NCBI GenBank assembly: GCA_043228905.1
Contig: JBHGNT010000004.1
Location: forward strand, 21,142,001 to 21,206,000
Reading direction: 5' to 3'
DNA from: Azolla caroliniana
Lineage: Eukaryota; Plantae; Polypodiophyta
DNA length: 64,000 nucleotides
Positions 37,708 through 50,680 of the stretch are shown here, one piece after another. Positions within the stretch are counted from its first letter, which is position 1. Each line of letters begins with the position of its first letter. The translations under genes and the position numbers were made by a program. The notes beneath the pieces are model-generated. The model was given only the letters and a program-made list of their open reading frames with translations, searched no databases and was not told the DNA's origin.

Positions 37708-38241
37708 CCTCTCTCCCTCCTTCAACAAAAAGAGGGGGGGGGGGGGGGGGGGAGTCCACGATTTGGGAAAAGGAAGTATTGCCGGTTTGGGATCGAGAGC
37801 TATGTTGCTTCCCTATGTTGTTCTGAGTATCTCTTAGGTATCGGTGAGGCCTCTCCTCGCGTAGGAATGCGCTCCCGACCAGAGGCTCATCAGAATCCGT
37901 GCATGCGTGTGTAGAGCCCGAAGCGTTGTCACCGGCCGATTCCAATTGTAATATCTTTCTTTTCCACCGATTAAACACTGTTATTCATTGTAATCTCTCT
38001 TGTGTTCGGGGCATTCCCATTTCTGTTTATGTTCTTTCTTGTGTGCATCCGCATATCGAGCCCTCGTGCTCATCATCTGGAACGTCGTGATCGTCCGAAT
38101 AAGACTACCTTGCAGGCCCATGCGCCTGTGAAACCATCCAGTGAATTCTCTCTCCCTTTTCTCTCTCTATTGCCGACTCCTTGGTCCAAGACCCGGGTGG
38201 TCCCGTCCAAATCCAACACGTACCCGAGAATATCCGCAATA
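37708..38241 (+). repeat. gypsy LTR 'H', fragment 2 (3' or solo LTR)
   Basis: Homologous to G LTR ~51110-51794 including the U5 motif; ends TATCCGCAATA (CA>TA); no PBS follows. Confidence 0.75.
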
Positions 38242-38435
38242 ACGGACCGGACACTTGGCCGATTTTGTGGACAAAGTAGGTGACTCGCAACAGTCGACGA
38301 GAATCTTGCCCATTTTGGAGGAAGACAAATGTATATTACCAATTCTTTCGATTTTTTTTGGATTTCGCGTTTTTCGATTCCTTTTTAGTTGGGTTCAACG
38401 TGCAAGGCACTGTCCCACGAGCGTGCCAGGTGTCA

Positions 38436-38676
38436 CCCAGTGGGACAAGTGTGAAACAAACTAAAGGGAGCCGATCACTAACAACCGAACAAGCGAAGCC
38501 AAATATCAAGGAAAAAACTATCATATTTTAAATCATGGCGATTCTCCCCCATGCACGACTTCATAAGAATAATAATGTACCAACAACCATCTTGTTACCC
38601 AGTGTGACAAGTGTGAAACGAACCAAAGGGAGCCGAACACTAACAGGCGAACAAGCGAAGCCAAATATCAAGGAAA
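38436..38676. repeat. ~80-bp direct repeat, ~160-bp period, unknown origin
   Basis: CCCAGTG.GACAAGTGTGAAAC.AAC.AAAGGGAGCCGA...GAACAAGCGAAGCCAAATATCAAGGAAA occurs twice. Confidence 0.8.
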
Positions 38677-39149
38677 GAACGGGTGGAAAGCACCAAGTAG
38701 AAGAGACTATATATATTATCGAGTTCTAGAGAGCAAAGAAAAAGGGGGGAAATCTAGAGGACTGCAATAGGAATAGACCAATAAAGAGTGAGTGAGTGGT
38801 TATCGAATATACTCGGTACTTGTATCTATAAGTTACACTTCAATCCAATATATGCATATACTTGTGGGTAATCTCGGTGTTTTGTCTCGTCTATATTAAT
38901 CTATATCTATTTTCATATATAAGTTCGGTCTGTGTAAAGGACGTATTGCAGGATCGGTTGTAGCCAATCCCATATCCTAATCCTTCTTATTCCCCATGCT
39001 AGTAATCTCTCCCTAGTGGGGTCGTTCGAACAACAATCACGGACTCGAGTAACGATCTTGGTAGGACGTCGTGACCCCAACTCTCCCTCGCACCACAATA
39101 CCTTGACCCGATTACTCAAGAAGGGTAATCGAAGGTGTTTCTCCAAGAG

Positions 39150-40357
39150 GGAGCAACACATCTAAACAATACAATTTTTTTAGGAATTTGCATGACCCAT
39201 AACAATTTCCAATAAGCACCCAACCAATAATTTGTTGAGTTGTTGGCATAATAGCCAAACCCCTTCTTAGCAATTATCTACCCATCTTTACAAAGTACTA
39301 GAAAAAATGGATTTGCTTACTTAGTATTTTGTGCGCTGATATGATTTGTCATTTCCACTCAGTTGGATCCCACAGAAGATTATCAATGGGCTTATTCTCA
39401 TAAACTCACAATTCAAATAAACTATTTATATTATTTGGATATGGATTCAACATCCAATTTTTACCGTTCTTCCACAATATACGAATAAGCAACATACTCC
39501 CTTGAGTTTCAACATCGTCTTTCATAAAGATAGAATGAATGTGTCCAGAAGGCAAAACATGGAAATAAACACATTCATGAGAGTTTTTATAACCCTTGAC
39601 CCCCAACAAGACATGCCAGTATGAAAACATACCATACCAAAATAGACGAATTTGAGAAGGTTGAAAGGAAGACATTGTAAACACTTTATCCATCTCTATG
39701 TACATAATGGTCCATGATCCCCATATTGTTCTACAAACATGGTTTTTGTTTTCCAGCATTGAAGAAGAAAAAGGCAACCAATTTCTTACTCACCCAACTT
39801 CTCCTCTATCAAAATCAACAGCTTCAATCTAATTTGGTTCCATAACGTTACCCCCTCTATTAGAAATAGTGGGTTCATTATGAGGGGTTGAAGCAACCAT
39901 TCCTCCTTACGTGATGGTAGAGATTGAACAAAATTATGCCTCAAATCCCACCATGCCTTCATGATACCCCTAAAAAAATTATCCTAGCGAAAATATCAAT
40001 GAAACAAGTAAAATCTCTTAAAAATCACCATCTAATACTACCTTTCCATTTGCCACCCATAGAAAGCATGACCTTAACTATTGTCTACCTTTTTTTTTTC
40101 CATGGCTCCCCACCTAGCAACAACCCTCTTATAAGAAAATTTCCCAAAAACGCCTTGCATTGTAAAAGAGGTTCAATCAATCCAAGACCACCCTCTTCGT
40201 TTGGTGTTGTAATACCAACCTAACATCCCAGATATCTTATAGGTTTACCATGCAAAATCCATTGAAACCGTTCATGTGGACACCACAAAGGGTTATTGTG
40301 ATACCTACCCAAAAACCCACCAACTTATTTCAATTAATACTAGTTCCAAAAGCCCGT
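39150..40357 (-). mobile_element. degenerate LINE (L1-like) ORF2, 3' part
   Basis: Minus strand reads GKPIRYLG near 40230-40250; contiguous with the RT part beyond element G via TSD CCGT; boundaries approximate. Confidence 0.65.
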
Positions 40358-40565
40358 TGTTGTGGAGGATTCTGGCCACTAAGGGAAAAAGTCGTCGAAT
40401 GCGTGTGAACAAGGGTGTGCATGTATGCACGTGAACTCGGTCTAATGTACAAAAAGAATGTAAATATAAAGGATTAATAAGTACAATAAAGGAATACTTT
40501 AATGGGTACTTTATGATCCCACAAAAAGAGGGGAATAAAGGTGAGTGATGGGAGGAAATCATGGG

Positions 40566-40772
40566 GAAATCTCCTCCCATCAATCACCATTATTCCTCTC
40601 TATTCGTGTGGGACATAAAGTACCCATTAACTACTCTACCTAGTACATTAAATACTCTACTCATATATTACATTTCTTTGTACATCGGTCTTTGGTTTTT
40701 GTGCATACTTGCACATACTCATTCACGCGCATTCGGTGATGTTTCACCTTGTGGCTAGAATTCCCCACGACA
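40566..40772 (-). repeat. inverted 5' fragment of a G-related LTR
   Basis: The reverse complement begins TGTCGTGGGGAATTCTAGCCAC, homologous to the G LTR start; flanked by TCGA. Confidence 0.8.
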
Positions 40773-42835
40773 TCGATCAAGGTGAAAGCGGCCCACATTG
40801 ACAAGGTGGCGATGGAAGAGGAATTGTTGGACAACCACTACACCAGGGCACACTAGGCAAGGGCCACAACGAAGACCTTGGTTCAGATTGAGCACGTGAT
40901 GGAGCCAATAGTGATGTTGATTGACCACGAATCAGAGATCAATTTGATGTCAATGGACTTCTATAAGAAGGGCAAATGACCTATCAATACCAAGCACATG
41001 TGGAAGATACGCACGACGACCCGCGCTATGGAAGAGCTTCACGGGGCATGCCCAAATGCATGAGTAAATGTTGGTGATGTTGAAATCGACCAACACTTCT
41101 TCACGCAGGAGTCATCCTCCCATCCAGTGATCTTGGGTGAACCGTACATTACAATAGCCCAGATGGAGATAAAAGTGCTAGATAATGGGTCGACATATGC
41201 ACAGGTGAAGAGTCAGGACGGTTGTCACTCCGTCTAGTTCGTGACGGTTCGGCCAAACCACGAGAGGAACCGGGACTCTCTCGGCGGCAAAGGCCGAGAG
41301 GATTTTTGAAGAGGTTTATCAAGGCGTGGGGTCACAATAGTCTGGACGTCCGGTTTAAACCCCACACTTGTACAATAGGTAGGAAATAATACCAAGCACG
41401 GGTCGAAGATACGCATGGCGACCTGCACTACGGAAGAGGTTCACGGGGCATGCCCGAATGCTCGAGTAAATGTCGGTGACATTGAAATCGACCAACACTT
41501 CTTCATGCAAGAGTCATCCTCCCATCCGGTGATCTTGGGTGAGCCGTACATTACAGTAGCCCGGATGGAGGCAAGAGTACTAGATAACGAATCAACATAT
41601 ACACAGGTGAAGAGCCAAGACGATTGTCACTCCATCTAGTTCGTGACGGTTCGGCCGAACCATGAGAGGAACCGGGACTCTCTCGGCGGCGAAGGCCGAG
41701 AGGATTTTTGAAGAGGTCTATCAAGGTGTGGGGTCACAATAGTCTAAACATCTAGTTGAAACCCACACTTGTACAATAGGTAGGAAATTTTGGCTCTCCG
41801 ACAATGGAGGATGTACAGTGTTCGACATTAGCGGTCGGGAAAGACAACGGGTCGAGGGGCGCTTCAAGGCATATGGAGCCATGGATCCCAACTACACTAC
41901 CAGTGGCTCCGTGGAGGCGTTCTCATTCAACAACACCCTCGGAGAAATCGGGAGGGTGATCATGGGAGGTCTGAGTGAAGACCGGACGATTCTGTTCAAT
42001 TCGGTTTATATGTATCAGGTGATCGAGGAGTTTGGACGGATGGTCGGGGCGGGGCGGACTGCCCACATAGACACCAAGTACAAGATTGTGGACCAGAAGG
42101 TGAGGCTAGTCGCGACACCCTTACTAGAGGACAGTTGGGAATGGACGAAGGGGGTCACGACCGACCCGAGTCCACGAGACCCGCGCAGCATAGGGCACCG
42201 GTTCACTGATGAGACGCTACAGAAGGTCAAGATAAGTGGGGGTGGCTTCCTATTGCCCACCGAAGAGGACCAATTTCAGAGAATGATCAAGAGTCACGGG
42301 AGGGCTTTCGCATTCTCACCAGAGGAGATAAGGTGCGCCAACCCAACTATCGTCGAACCTATGGTGATCTTCACGGTACCACATGTACCGTGGAACTTGA
42401 AGTCGATTCCGATACGGAGAGGTCATATCCCGAAACTGATGGAGCTGCTCAAGGAGAAGGTAGATATGGGGATCCTCGAACCGTCGAGTGCCCCATATTC
42501 AAATCTGTGGTTTACGATGCCAAAGAAGAACAACACATTGCTCTTCATACAAAACCTGTAATTAATCGACAAAGTGATAATCCGCAATGCAGGGGTCGAT
42601 CCGACCATTGATGAGTTCGCGGAGGCCCTCGCTGGAAGGTCGATCTACTCGGTCGAAGATTTATATAGTTCAAACTAGCCGTCGAAAGCAAGGACATCAT
42701 GACGATGCGGACCTCTCTCGACTTAGTTCGGATGTGTACCCTGCCATAGGGCGGAACGAATTCGGTGGCACACATGGTGAATGTGATGAATAAGGTGCTA
42801 AGGGATTGCATCTCGGACATCACCATGTTTGTTCA

Positions 42836-43222
42836 TGTTGGGATTTCGGTCCCTCCGGATGGGATGTCCGGAGATGAATGACGGCAAGCCCGGTTGCGGT
42901 TACGGAGCCGGATGACGAATGTACCCGGAGAGAGATCCGGATGACGGCAAGCCCGGTTCCGGTTACGGAGCCGGATGATGAAGACCCTGGCTACGGAGCC
43001 GGATGCTGAAGACCCCGGTAACGGAGCCGGATGACGAATGTACCCGGAGAGAGATCCGGATGCGGGGACATATTTGTGAATATGTTTTGCCAAGAGCCCT
43101 TGAGGCTATATTTGTAAATAGCCCGAAAGTCATATGTGTATAAATATGACTTAGGGCAATCAGTTTAAATGTTGTTGTTGCTCATTTTATGTTTTCAGCT
43201 GAGAGAGCGAAGTGAGAGCAGC

Positions 43223-43257
<35 letters not shown>

Positions 43258-46200
43258 GAGGTCGACGCCTCTGTGTATTACCGCCGCCTGTGGCGAAGAC
43301 AGTGAGCTCAAGGTTGTTGCCTTGTAGCTTCACCATTGTACATCTCAGTGTATAGTGATAGTTGGAGTTTGAGGACTCCCGTGGTTTTTCCCATTTAGGG
43401 TTTTCCACGTAAAATTCCAGTGTACCTTTTCTCTCTACTGTCCTCGTGCACTTTGTATTTCCCAATTTCTGTGAGTTGATCCTATTCCTCGGTTGTGGCC
43501 GAGCACTGTTTTTAACAAAGTGGTATCAGAGCGACGGTAACACAAAAAATGGAAGGCGGCAGCAGCGGGCAGCCGGGGATGATGGTGCTGAATGCGCAGA
43601 ACTACGCCGACTAGAAGATAAAGATGGAGGATCTGCTCATTGTTCGGGACCTGTATGAACCGATCGACAGGTCGGAAATACCCAAGGGGGTACTTGAGAC
43701 GGAATGGAGGCTTCTGAACCGGAAAGCCGTTGCAACCATTCGGCAATACGTCGACGTGAGCGTTCTACAACATGTGGCGAACGACACCAACGCATATGAG
43801 ATGTGGCGGAAGCTGTCGGGCCTCTACGAGAGGAAGAATGCGTTGAACCGGACCTCCCTGATGAGGAAGATAGTGAACCTCAAGTACCGGGACGGCGAGA
43901 GTATGGTGGAACACGTAAGCACGTTCATGGGATTCGTGAACCAGCTTGCGGCGATCAAGTTCCCGCTGGAGGATGCAATGCAAGCCATCATTCTGATGTG
44001 TACATTGCCGGAAAGCTGGGAGAACTTGGTGGTGACTCTCAGCACCTCCTGCACGGAAGATAACTTGTCTTTACAAACGGTAAAGACAAGCATTTTGAAC
44101 GAAGAAGCGCGTCGGAGAGATAAAGAACCGGTTTCCGATCCGAAGATGCTGCTTACCGAATCGGATCGGGGAAGACAATGGAACCGGAGTCCGCAAAGAC
44201 GGGAGAAGTCGGGGACCCGGTCGCAGTCAAGAGGAAGGCCCACGTGCTTCCACTGTGGGAAGCCGGGGCACTTCCGGAAGAATTGTCGGCATTACCGAAA
44301 GGACAACGGAGCCGACGACACCGATTCGAAGAAGTCACCGGAGAGAAACGGTGCATACCGGGGAGCCACGGACCGGAGAGGTCCGGATCGGCGAGGGCAG
44401 GACCGGAAAGGAACGACGGCACTCGCGGCAAGTGAAGAAGAAATAATGTTCATTACCGAAGAGAGGGAGCTGAACCTTGCCGGTGAAGAGATGACCTGGG
44501 TGGTCGATTCCGGAGCGTCGTTCCACCTGACCCCGGAGAAGAAATACTTCTCATCCTACACAGCCGGTGAGCACGGCTGTGTCCGGATGGGAAATGAAGG
44601 TACGTGCCGGATTGCCGGCATAGGAGACGTGTGGCTGATGACATCAACCGGATGCAAGATGCTGCTGAAGGATGTGCGACACGTTCCGGAGGTCCGATTG
44701 AACCTGATCTCGGCCGGGAGGCTAGATGATGAAGGCTACACGGGTAGCATCCGGAACGGTGTCATGAAGTTCAGCAAGGGGAGCTTGATAGTGGCTCGGG
44801 CCCGGAAGGTCAACACACTGTACCTGATGAATGCCTGGTTATGTCCGGAAGAACTGAATGTGGCAGCCGACACTGCCGGTGAGCTGTGGCACAAGAGACT
44901 GTGCCACATGAGTGAGAAGGGGATGAAGAGGCTTGCAGAAGACAACCTTATTCCAGTGAAGCATGTGCACCTGGAGAAGTGCACCGATTGCCTGGCCGGT
45001 AAGCAGAACCGAACCTCCTTCCATTCAAGGCCACCGACGAGATGTAGCGCACCATTGGAGTTGGTGCACACTGATGTGTGTCAGGTAGAAACGAAGTCAC
45101 ATGGCGGAGCCCAGTACTTCGTAACATTCATTGATGATCACAGCCGGAAGCTGTGGACGGCACCGTTGAAGACAAAGGACCAAGTGTTGTGCGTCTTCAA
45201 AGAACTCCACGCGAGAGTGGAAAGGGAATCCGGCAAGAAGCTGAAAGCGATACGAGCGGATAACGGAGGGGAATACCGGGGGCAGTTCCAGGAGTACTGT
45301 CGCTCGAAGGGAATCCGGCTCAAGTTTACTGTGCCGAAGACGCCGGAACTAAACGGGCTGGCCGAGAGGATGAACCGGACCATAATGGAGAGGGTCCGGA
45401 GTATGCTGGCACATGCGAAATTACCCAAGGGGTTTTGGGCTGAGGCAATGTCGACGGCGACATACGTGATAAACAGATCACCCTCAGTACCTTTGGACGG
45501 AGACACGCCGCAGAGAGTGTGGACCGGTAGGGAAGTATCCTACCGGCATCTGAAGGTGTTCGGGTGTCTCGCATACGTGCATGTGGCAAAGGACCGGAGA
45601 GGAAAGTTAGATCCAAAGACCCGGCCATGCATATTCCTCGGTTACGGCGACGACGAGTTCGGCTACCGAGTATGGGACCCGGTCGACAAGAAGATATTCA
45701 GGAGTCGTGATATCATCTTCATGGAGAACAAGACACTCGCCGACTGGGAGTCGGAGAAGAAGATGAAGAGCTCCAAGTCGACCGGTGAGGATAAACTCTA
45801 CGAGGAGCAGTCCCGACCGGCAAGGGACCGGTTAACACTCGAAGATCCGGCCGAAGACGGTGAAGAAACAGAACCGGCCGAAGAAGATGAAAATGATACC
45901 GGAACCGGCCCCGATCCCGAAATGGATTCGGATGAAGAAGAATCGGAAGAACCGGTTACCGAAGCTCCGGAACGGAGATATCCTCTAAGAGAGAGAAGGG
46001 CCCCCCGGAGATTTCCGGAACCAGAGCACGTGCTGCTAACCGACGAGGGGGAGCCGGAGAGCTTTGAAGAAGCAAAACATGACACCCAGAGCCGCAGGTG
46101 GTTGAGTGCCATGCAGGACGAGATGGATTCCCTGCATGAGAACCACACATATGAACTTATGAAGTTGCCGAAAGGAAAGCGGGCACTTCGAAACAAGTGG

Positions 46201-48306
46201 GTGTTCAAGCTGAAACCGGGAGATGTCGGAAACCCCCCGAGATACAAAGCCAGGATCGTGGTGAAGGGGTTTCAGCAGAAGAAGGGCGTCGACTTCGACG
46301 AGATATTTGCCCCGGTAGTGAAGATGACCTCCATCCGGACGGTGCTGAGCATAGCGGCAAGCATGGACCTCGAGGTAGAACAGATGGACGTGAAGACGGC
46401 ATTCCTTCACGGTGACCTCGAAGAAGAGATCTACATGCAGCAACCGGAAGGATTCGAGAAGAAAGGGAAGGAGCACCTGGTATGCCGGTTGAAGAAGAGC
46501 CTTTACGGACTGAAGCAGGCTCCCCGGCAATGGTACCGGAAGTTCGACTCCTTCATGACCGACGAAGGGTACCTCAAAACGCAGTCCGACCACTGCGTGT
46601 TTGTGAAGAAGTTCGAAGGAGGAGACTTTCTAATACTCCTCCTGTACGTGGACGACATGTTGATCGTCGGACGGGACCAGGTCAAGATACGGATGCTGAA
46701 GAAGGCTCTTCACCGAACCTTCTCAATGAAGGACCTGGGTCCGGCGAGGCAAATACTAGGGATGCACATCATCCGGGACCGGAAGAAGAAGCAGTTGTGG
46801 CTGTCACAGGAGAAGTACGTGACGAAGGTGCTTCACCGGTTCAACATGTCGGAAGCAAGACCGGTCGGATCGACCCTCCCGGCAAACTGCAAGCTGTCCA
46901 GCAAGCAAAGTCCCAAGACAAAGGCTGAAAAGGAGGATATGATGAAAGTGTCGTATGCCTCAGCCGTCGGGAGCTTGATGTACGCCATGGTGTGTACGAG
47001 ACCGGACATAGGATATGCAGTCGGAGTGGTGAGCCGGTACATGAGCAATCCCGGCAAAGAGCATTGGAACGTGGCCAAGTGGATACTCCGATACCTGAAG
47101 GGCACGGCAAACGTGTGCCTCCGATTCGGCTCCGGCAAGCCCGAACTCGACGGCTTCACCGATTCGGATATGTCGGCTGATGCAGATACCAGTCGGTCCA
47201 CATCAGGGTATGTGATGACGTATGCAGGGGGAGCTGTTTCATGGCAGTCGAGACTGCAGAAGACGATTGCGTTGTCAACCACGGAGGCGGAGTACATGGC
47301 GGCTGTTGAAGCTGGCAAGGAAATAATATGGATGAAGGACTTCATTAGAGAGCTCGGTATCCGGCAGGAGGAGTACCGACTCTACTGCGACAGTCAGAGT
47401 GCAATCCACCTTGCGAAGAACGCGGCCTATCACTCCCGGACGAAGCACATCCAGCGAAGATATCACTGGATCCGGGAAAGGATAGAAGACCAGGAGTTCG
47501 TGCTGACGAAGATCCACACGGACGAGAACGGCTCAGATATGCTGACCAAAGTGCTCACACCCGACAAGCTGGAAGCATGCCGGAAGAGGATCGGATTGGA
47601 GAGACATCCCATGCCGAAGTGAAGGGGGAGTTTGTTGGGATTTCGGTCCCTCCGGATGGGATGTCCGGAGATGAATGACGGCAAGCCCGGTTGCGGTTAC
47701 GGAGCCGGATGACGAATGTACCCGGAGAGAGATTCGGATGACGGCAAGCCCGGTTCCGGTTACGGAGCCGGATGATGAAGACCTTGGCTACGGAGCCGGA
47801 TGCTGAAGACCCCGGTAACGGAGCCGGATGACGAATGTACCCGGAGAGAGATCCGGATGCGGGGACATATTTGTGAATATGTTTTGCCAAGAGCCCTTGA
47901 GGCTATATTTGTAAATAGCCCGAAAGTCATATGTGTATAAATATGACTTAGGGCAATCAGTTTAAATGTTGTTGTTGCTCATTTTATGTTTTCAGCCGAG
48001 AGAGCGAAGTGAGAGCAGTCGAGAGAGAGAGAGAGAGAGAAAGGAAGAGGTCGACGCCTCTGTGTATTACCGCCGCCTGTGGCGAAGACAGTGAGCTCAA
48101 GGTTGTTGCCTTGTAGCTTCACCATTGTACATCTCAGTGTATAGTGATAGTTGGAGTTTGAGGACTCCCGTGGTTTTTCCCATTTAGGGTTTTCCACGTA
48201 AAATTCCAGTGTACCTTTTCTCTCTACTGTCCTCGTGCACTTTGTATTTCCCAATTTCTGTGAGTTGATCCTATTCCTCGGTTGTGGCCGAGCACTGTTT
48301 TTAACA
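42836..48306 (+). mobile_element. Ty1/copia element 'I', recent, inserted in G RT
   Basis: LTRs 42836-43517 and 47633-48306 (4 substitutions + 8-bp GA indel by eye); PBS iMet 43521-43532; PPT; flanks GTTCA/GGTCT do not match. Confidence 0.97.
43549..47622 (+). pseudogene. copia I gag-pol polyprotein; TAG at codon 22, then 1332 aa open
   Basis: ATG 43549; TGG>TAG at 43612-43614; ORF 43624..47622 has all catalytic motifs intact. Confidence 0.92.
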
Positions 48307-50280
48307 GGTCTGACGGTTCCTAGGGGCATGTGCCTTCTACCACATCTGGATTCCCCACTATGCGCATATTGTCAAGCTGATCTACGGCTTATTGAAAAGG
48401 GGCGGAGGTTTGAATGGGGCGAAAAGCACTTAGAGGCTATGAGGAGGCTGAAGGGGATGCTAACGGCGGCATCAACTCTCCGAAAGGTATTCTACAAGGA
48501 GTCCCTGATGTACGTGACGGTCGACACAAGTCCGACTGAGATCAAGTGGGTGATCAACCACGAGGATGAAGGCGAAATGAGATTCGCCATCTGGTTCGGA
48601 GTTAAGGTACTAAGCGAGCGACAATGAGGATACGCCGAAGTTAAGCGAGAAATGTGGGGTATCGTTTCGGCGGTAAAGGCCGACAAGGACTACTTAATTG
48701 GGACGGAGATGATTATCGACATATGTTGTCTCCCGATTCTCGGGATGATATCTGGATGTGCGACTCTGGATATGGCGATGCTCAAATGGATCGCATACAT
48801 CTAGTTCTGGAACCCGAAAATCCGACACATTTCCGGGAAAGACAATGCCATGGCCGATATGCTATCACGATCATGATACAAAGGAGAAGAAGACATGGTA
48901 TCGGAGGACGAGGAAGTCAAAGTCGATTTTTTCGAGTCAATTCAACTATCGGCGAACAAACAGAGCACTCCGACCCTACATGAGTTCAACGAGAACAACT
49001 ACGACGGGGAGTGGCTCTTGATCGGAAGGTTCCTAAGCACAATGGCAATGGACGTAACATAGATGGAGGAAGAGGCCGACCATATTTGGAAGAAGGCGTA
49101 CAAGTACTTCCTACGAAACGGGGTAATTTGGCGGCATCCAAAGAAACGAAACAATACACCACTTCGGGTGGTGACACGAAAGGAAGACTAGTCGGTTCTA
49201 CTAGACGAGTTTCACGAGAGACCCTGTGTTGGACATCAAGGAACATGGGCCACATTCGAGAAGCTCAAGGAGAGGTACTGGTGGCCAGGAATGTACAACG
49301 ACGTGCAACACTTTGTGACAACATGCGAGAGCTGTCAAGTACATTCGAGGATCCGAGCCCGTGACGAGGTGCATCCGACCTACATGCCAACAATTCACTT
49401 CAAGTGGATGGTTGACTTGGTGATGATGTCGATGGGTGTAGGTTAGATGAGGTACCTGGTACTGGCGAGGGAAGACCTGACAAACCAAGTGGAAGGATGA
49501 GCCTTGACGAACAAAACGACTGCAATTGTGTGCCGGTTCTTGATAGAGGATGTGATCTGCTAGTACGGGTGTGTGGGAACAATTAGTACGGGTGTGTGGG
49601 AACAATAGTGGCAGACCAAGGGGAGTTGGACACACAAGAAGCTACAGAGTTGTTTGACTGACTAGGTGTCAAGCTCTCCCTCACAACGACATACAATCCA
49701 AAGGCGAACGGGAAGGTCGAGCATGGGCATGGCCCGATTGTGAAGGCGATTGTTCGAGCATGTGACAGATGGGTTGAGAATTGGCCGCGACTCCTGCCAT
49801 ATGCTTTATGGGCCGACCGAACTACACACAATTCGGTGACATGGTACATGTCGGCCAAGCTTATGTTTGGGTAGAAGCCGATCATGTCAGTGGAGCGGAC
49901 GATTACATCGTGGATGGCAGTCGACTGGGCGGACGAGATGAGTCGAGAAGAGTTACTAGTCGCGCGAATCCGACAGCTTGAGAGGCAGGCGACCAGAGGA
50001 CGTGGAGCGAGCGAAGGAAAGGGCGAAGGAAGCGTGGATGAATAACAAGGAACGGTTTGACCGATTACACCGATTACAGCCGAGGAAGATAGAGGAAGGC
50101 AACTTGGTGATGGTCTACAACAGTAACCTTGACAACCAGCACTAATCGACTGGTAAGTTCGCGGGATGGTGATTCGGGCCGTATGTGGTAACGAGTGCCA
50201 ACGACGATGCTACACACCACCTTGCAGAGCTTGACGGGATGAGAATCAAGGTCTAGCGGATCAAGGTCTTCAAGAAGCGA

Positions 50281-50326
50281 TGTAAAGAATCAAGAGATGG
50301 ATTCTTGTGAAGCGGAATAGGTGTGA

Positions 50327-50366
<40 letters not shown>

Positions 50367-50680
50367 AAATAGAGAGAGAGAGAGAGGCACAGAGCATTCG
50401 CAAGGTTGAGTATATTAACAAAGGAGAAAGACACAACAAGATACAAGGTGGGAGGAGGGTGCTTTATATAGTCACCCTCTCTCTTCATTAACTACAAGAC
50501 TCATGGAGCATGGGGAATGTGAAAGCTCATAAGTTATGTGTCATAGAATATGATTCTATGACTCATACTAAATGCTAGAATACAAAGAGGTGACATAATG
50601 GTGACTCTTGACCGTTGGAGTGTCTATTCACTCTCAAGGTGAGTTCACACACTAGACCAAGTTGAGCTTGATTCTCAACA
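50281..50680 (-). mobile_element. 400-bp solo LTR of an unrelated family, inside G integrase
   Basis: TG...CA, terminal IR TGTAAAGAATCAAG/CTTGATTCTCAACA, 5-bp TSD AGCGA; TATATAAA on the minus strand near 50463 suggests orientation. Confidence 0.88.

Noticed and set aside
60-42835. Several deletions remove catalytic motifs (A protease and YVDD, C protease, G FLDD)
   Set aside because: Few events, several with microhomology, and other deletions hit non-catalytic regions; compatible with random decay.
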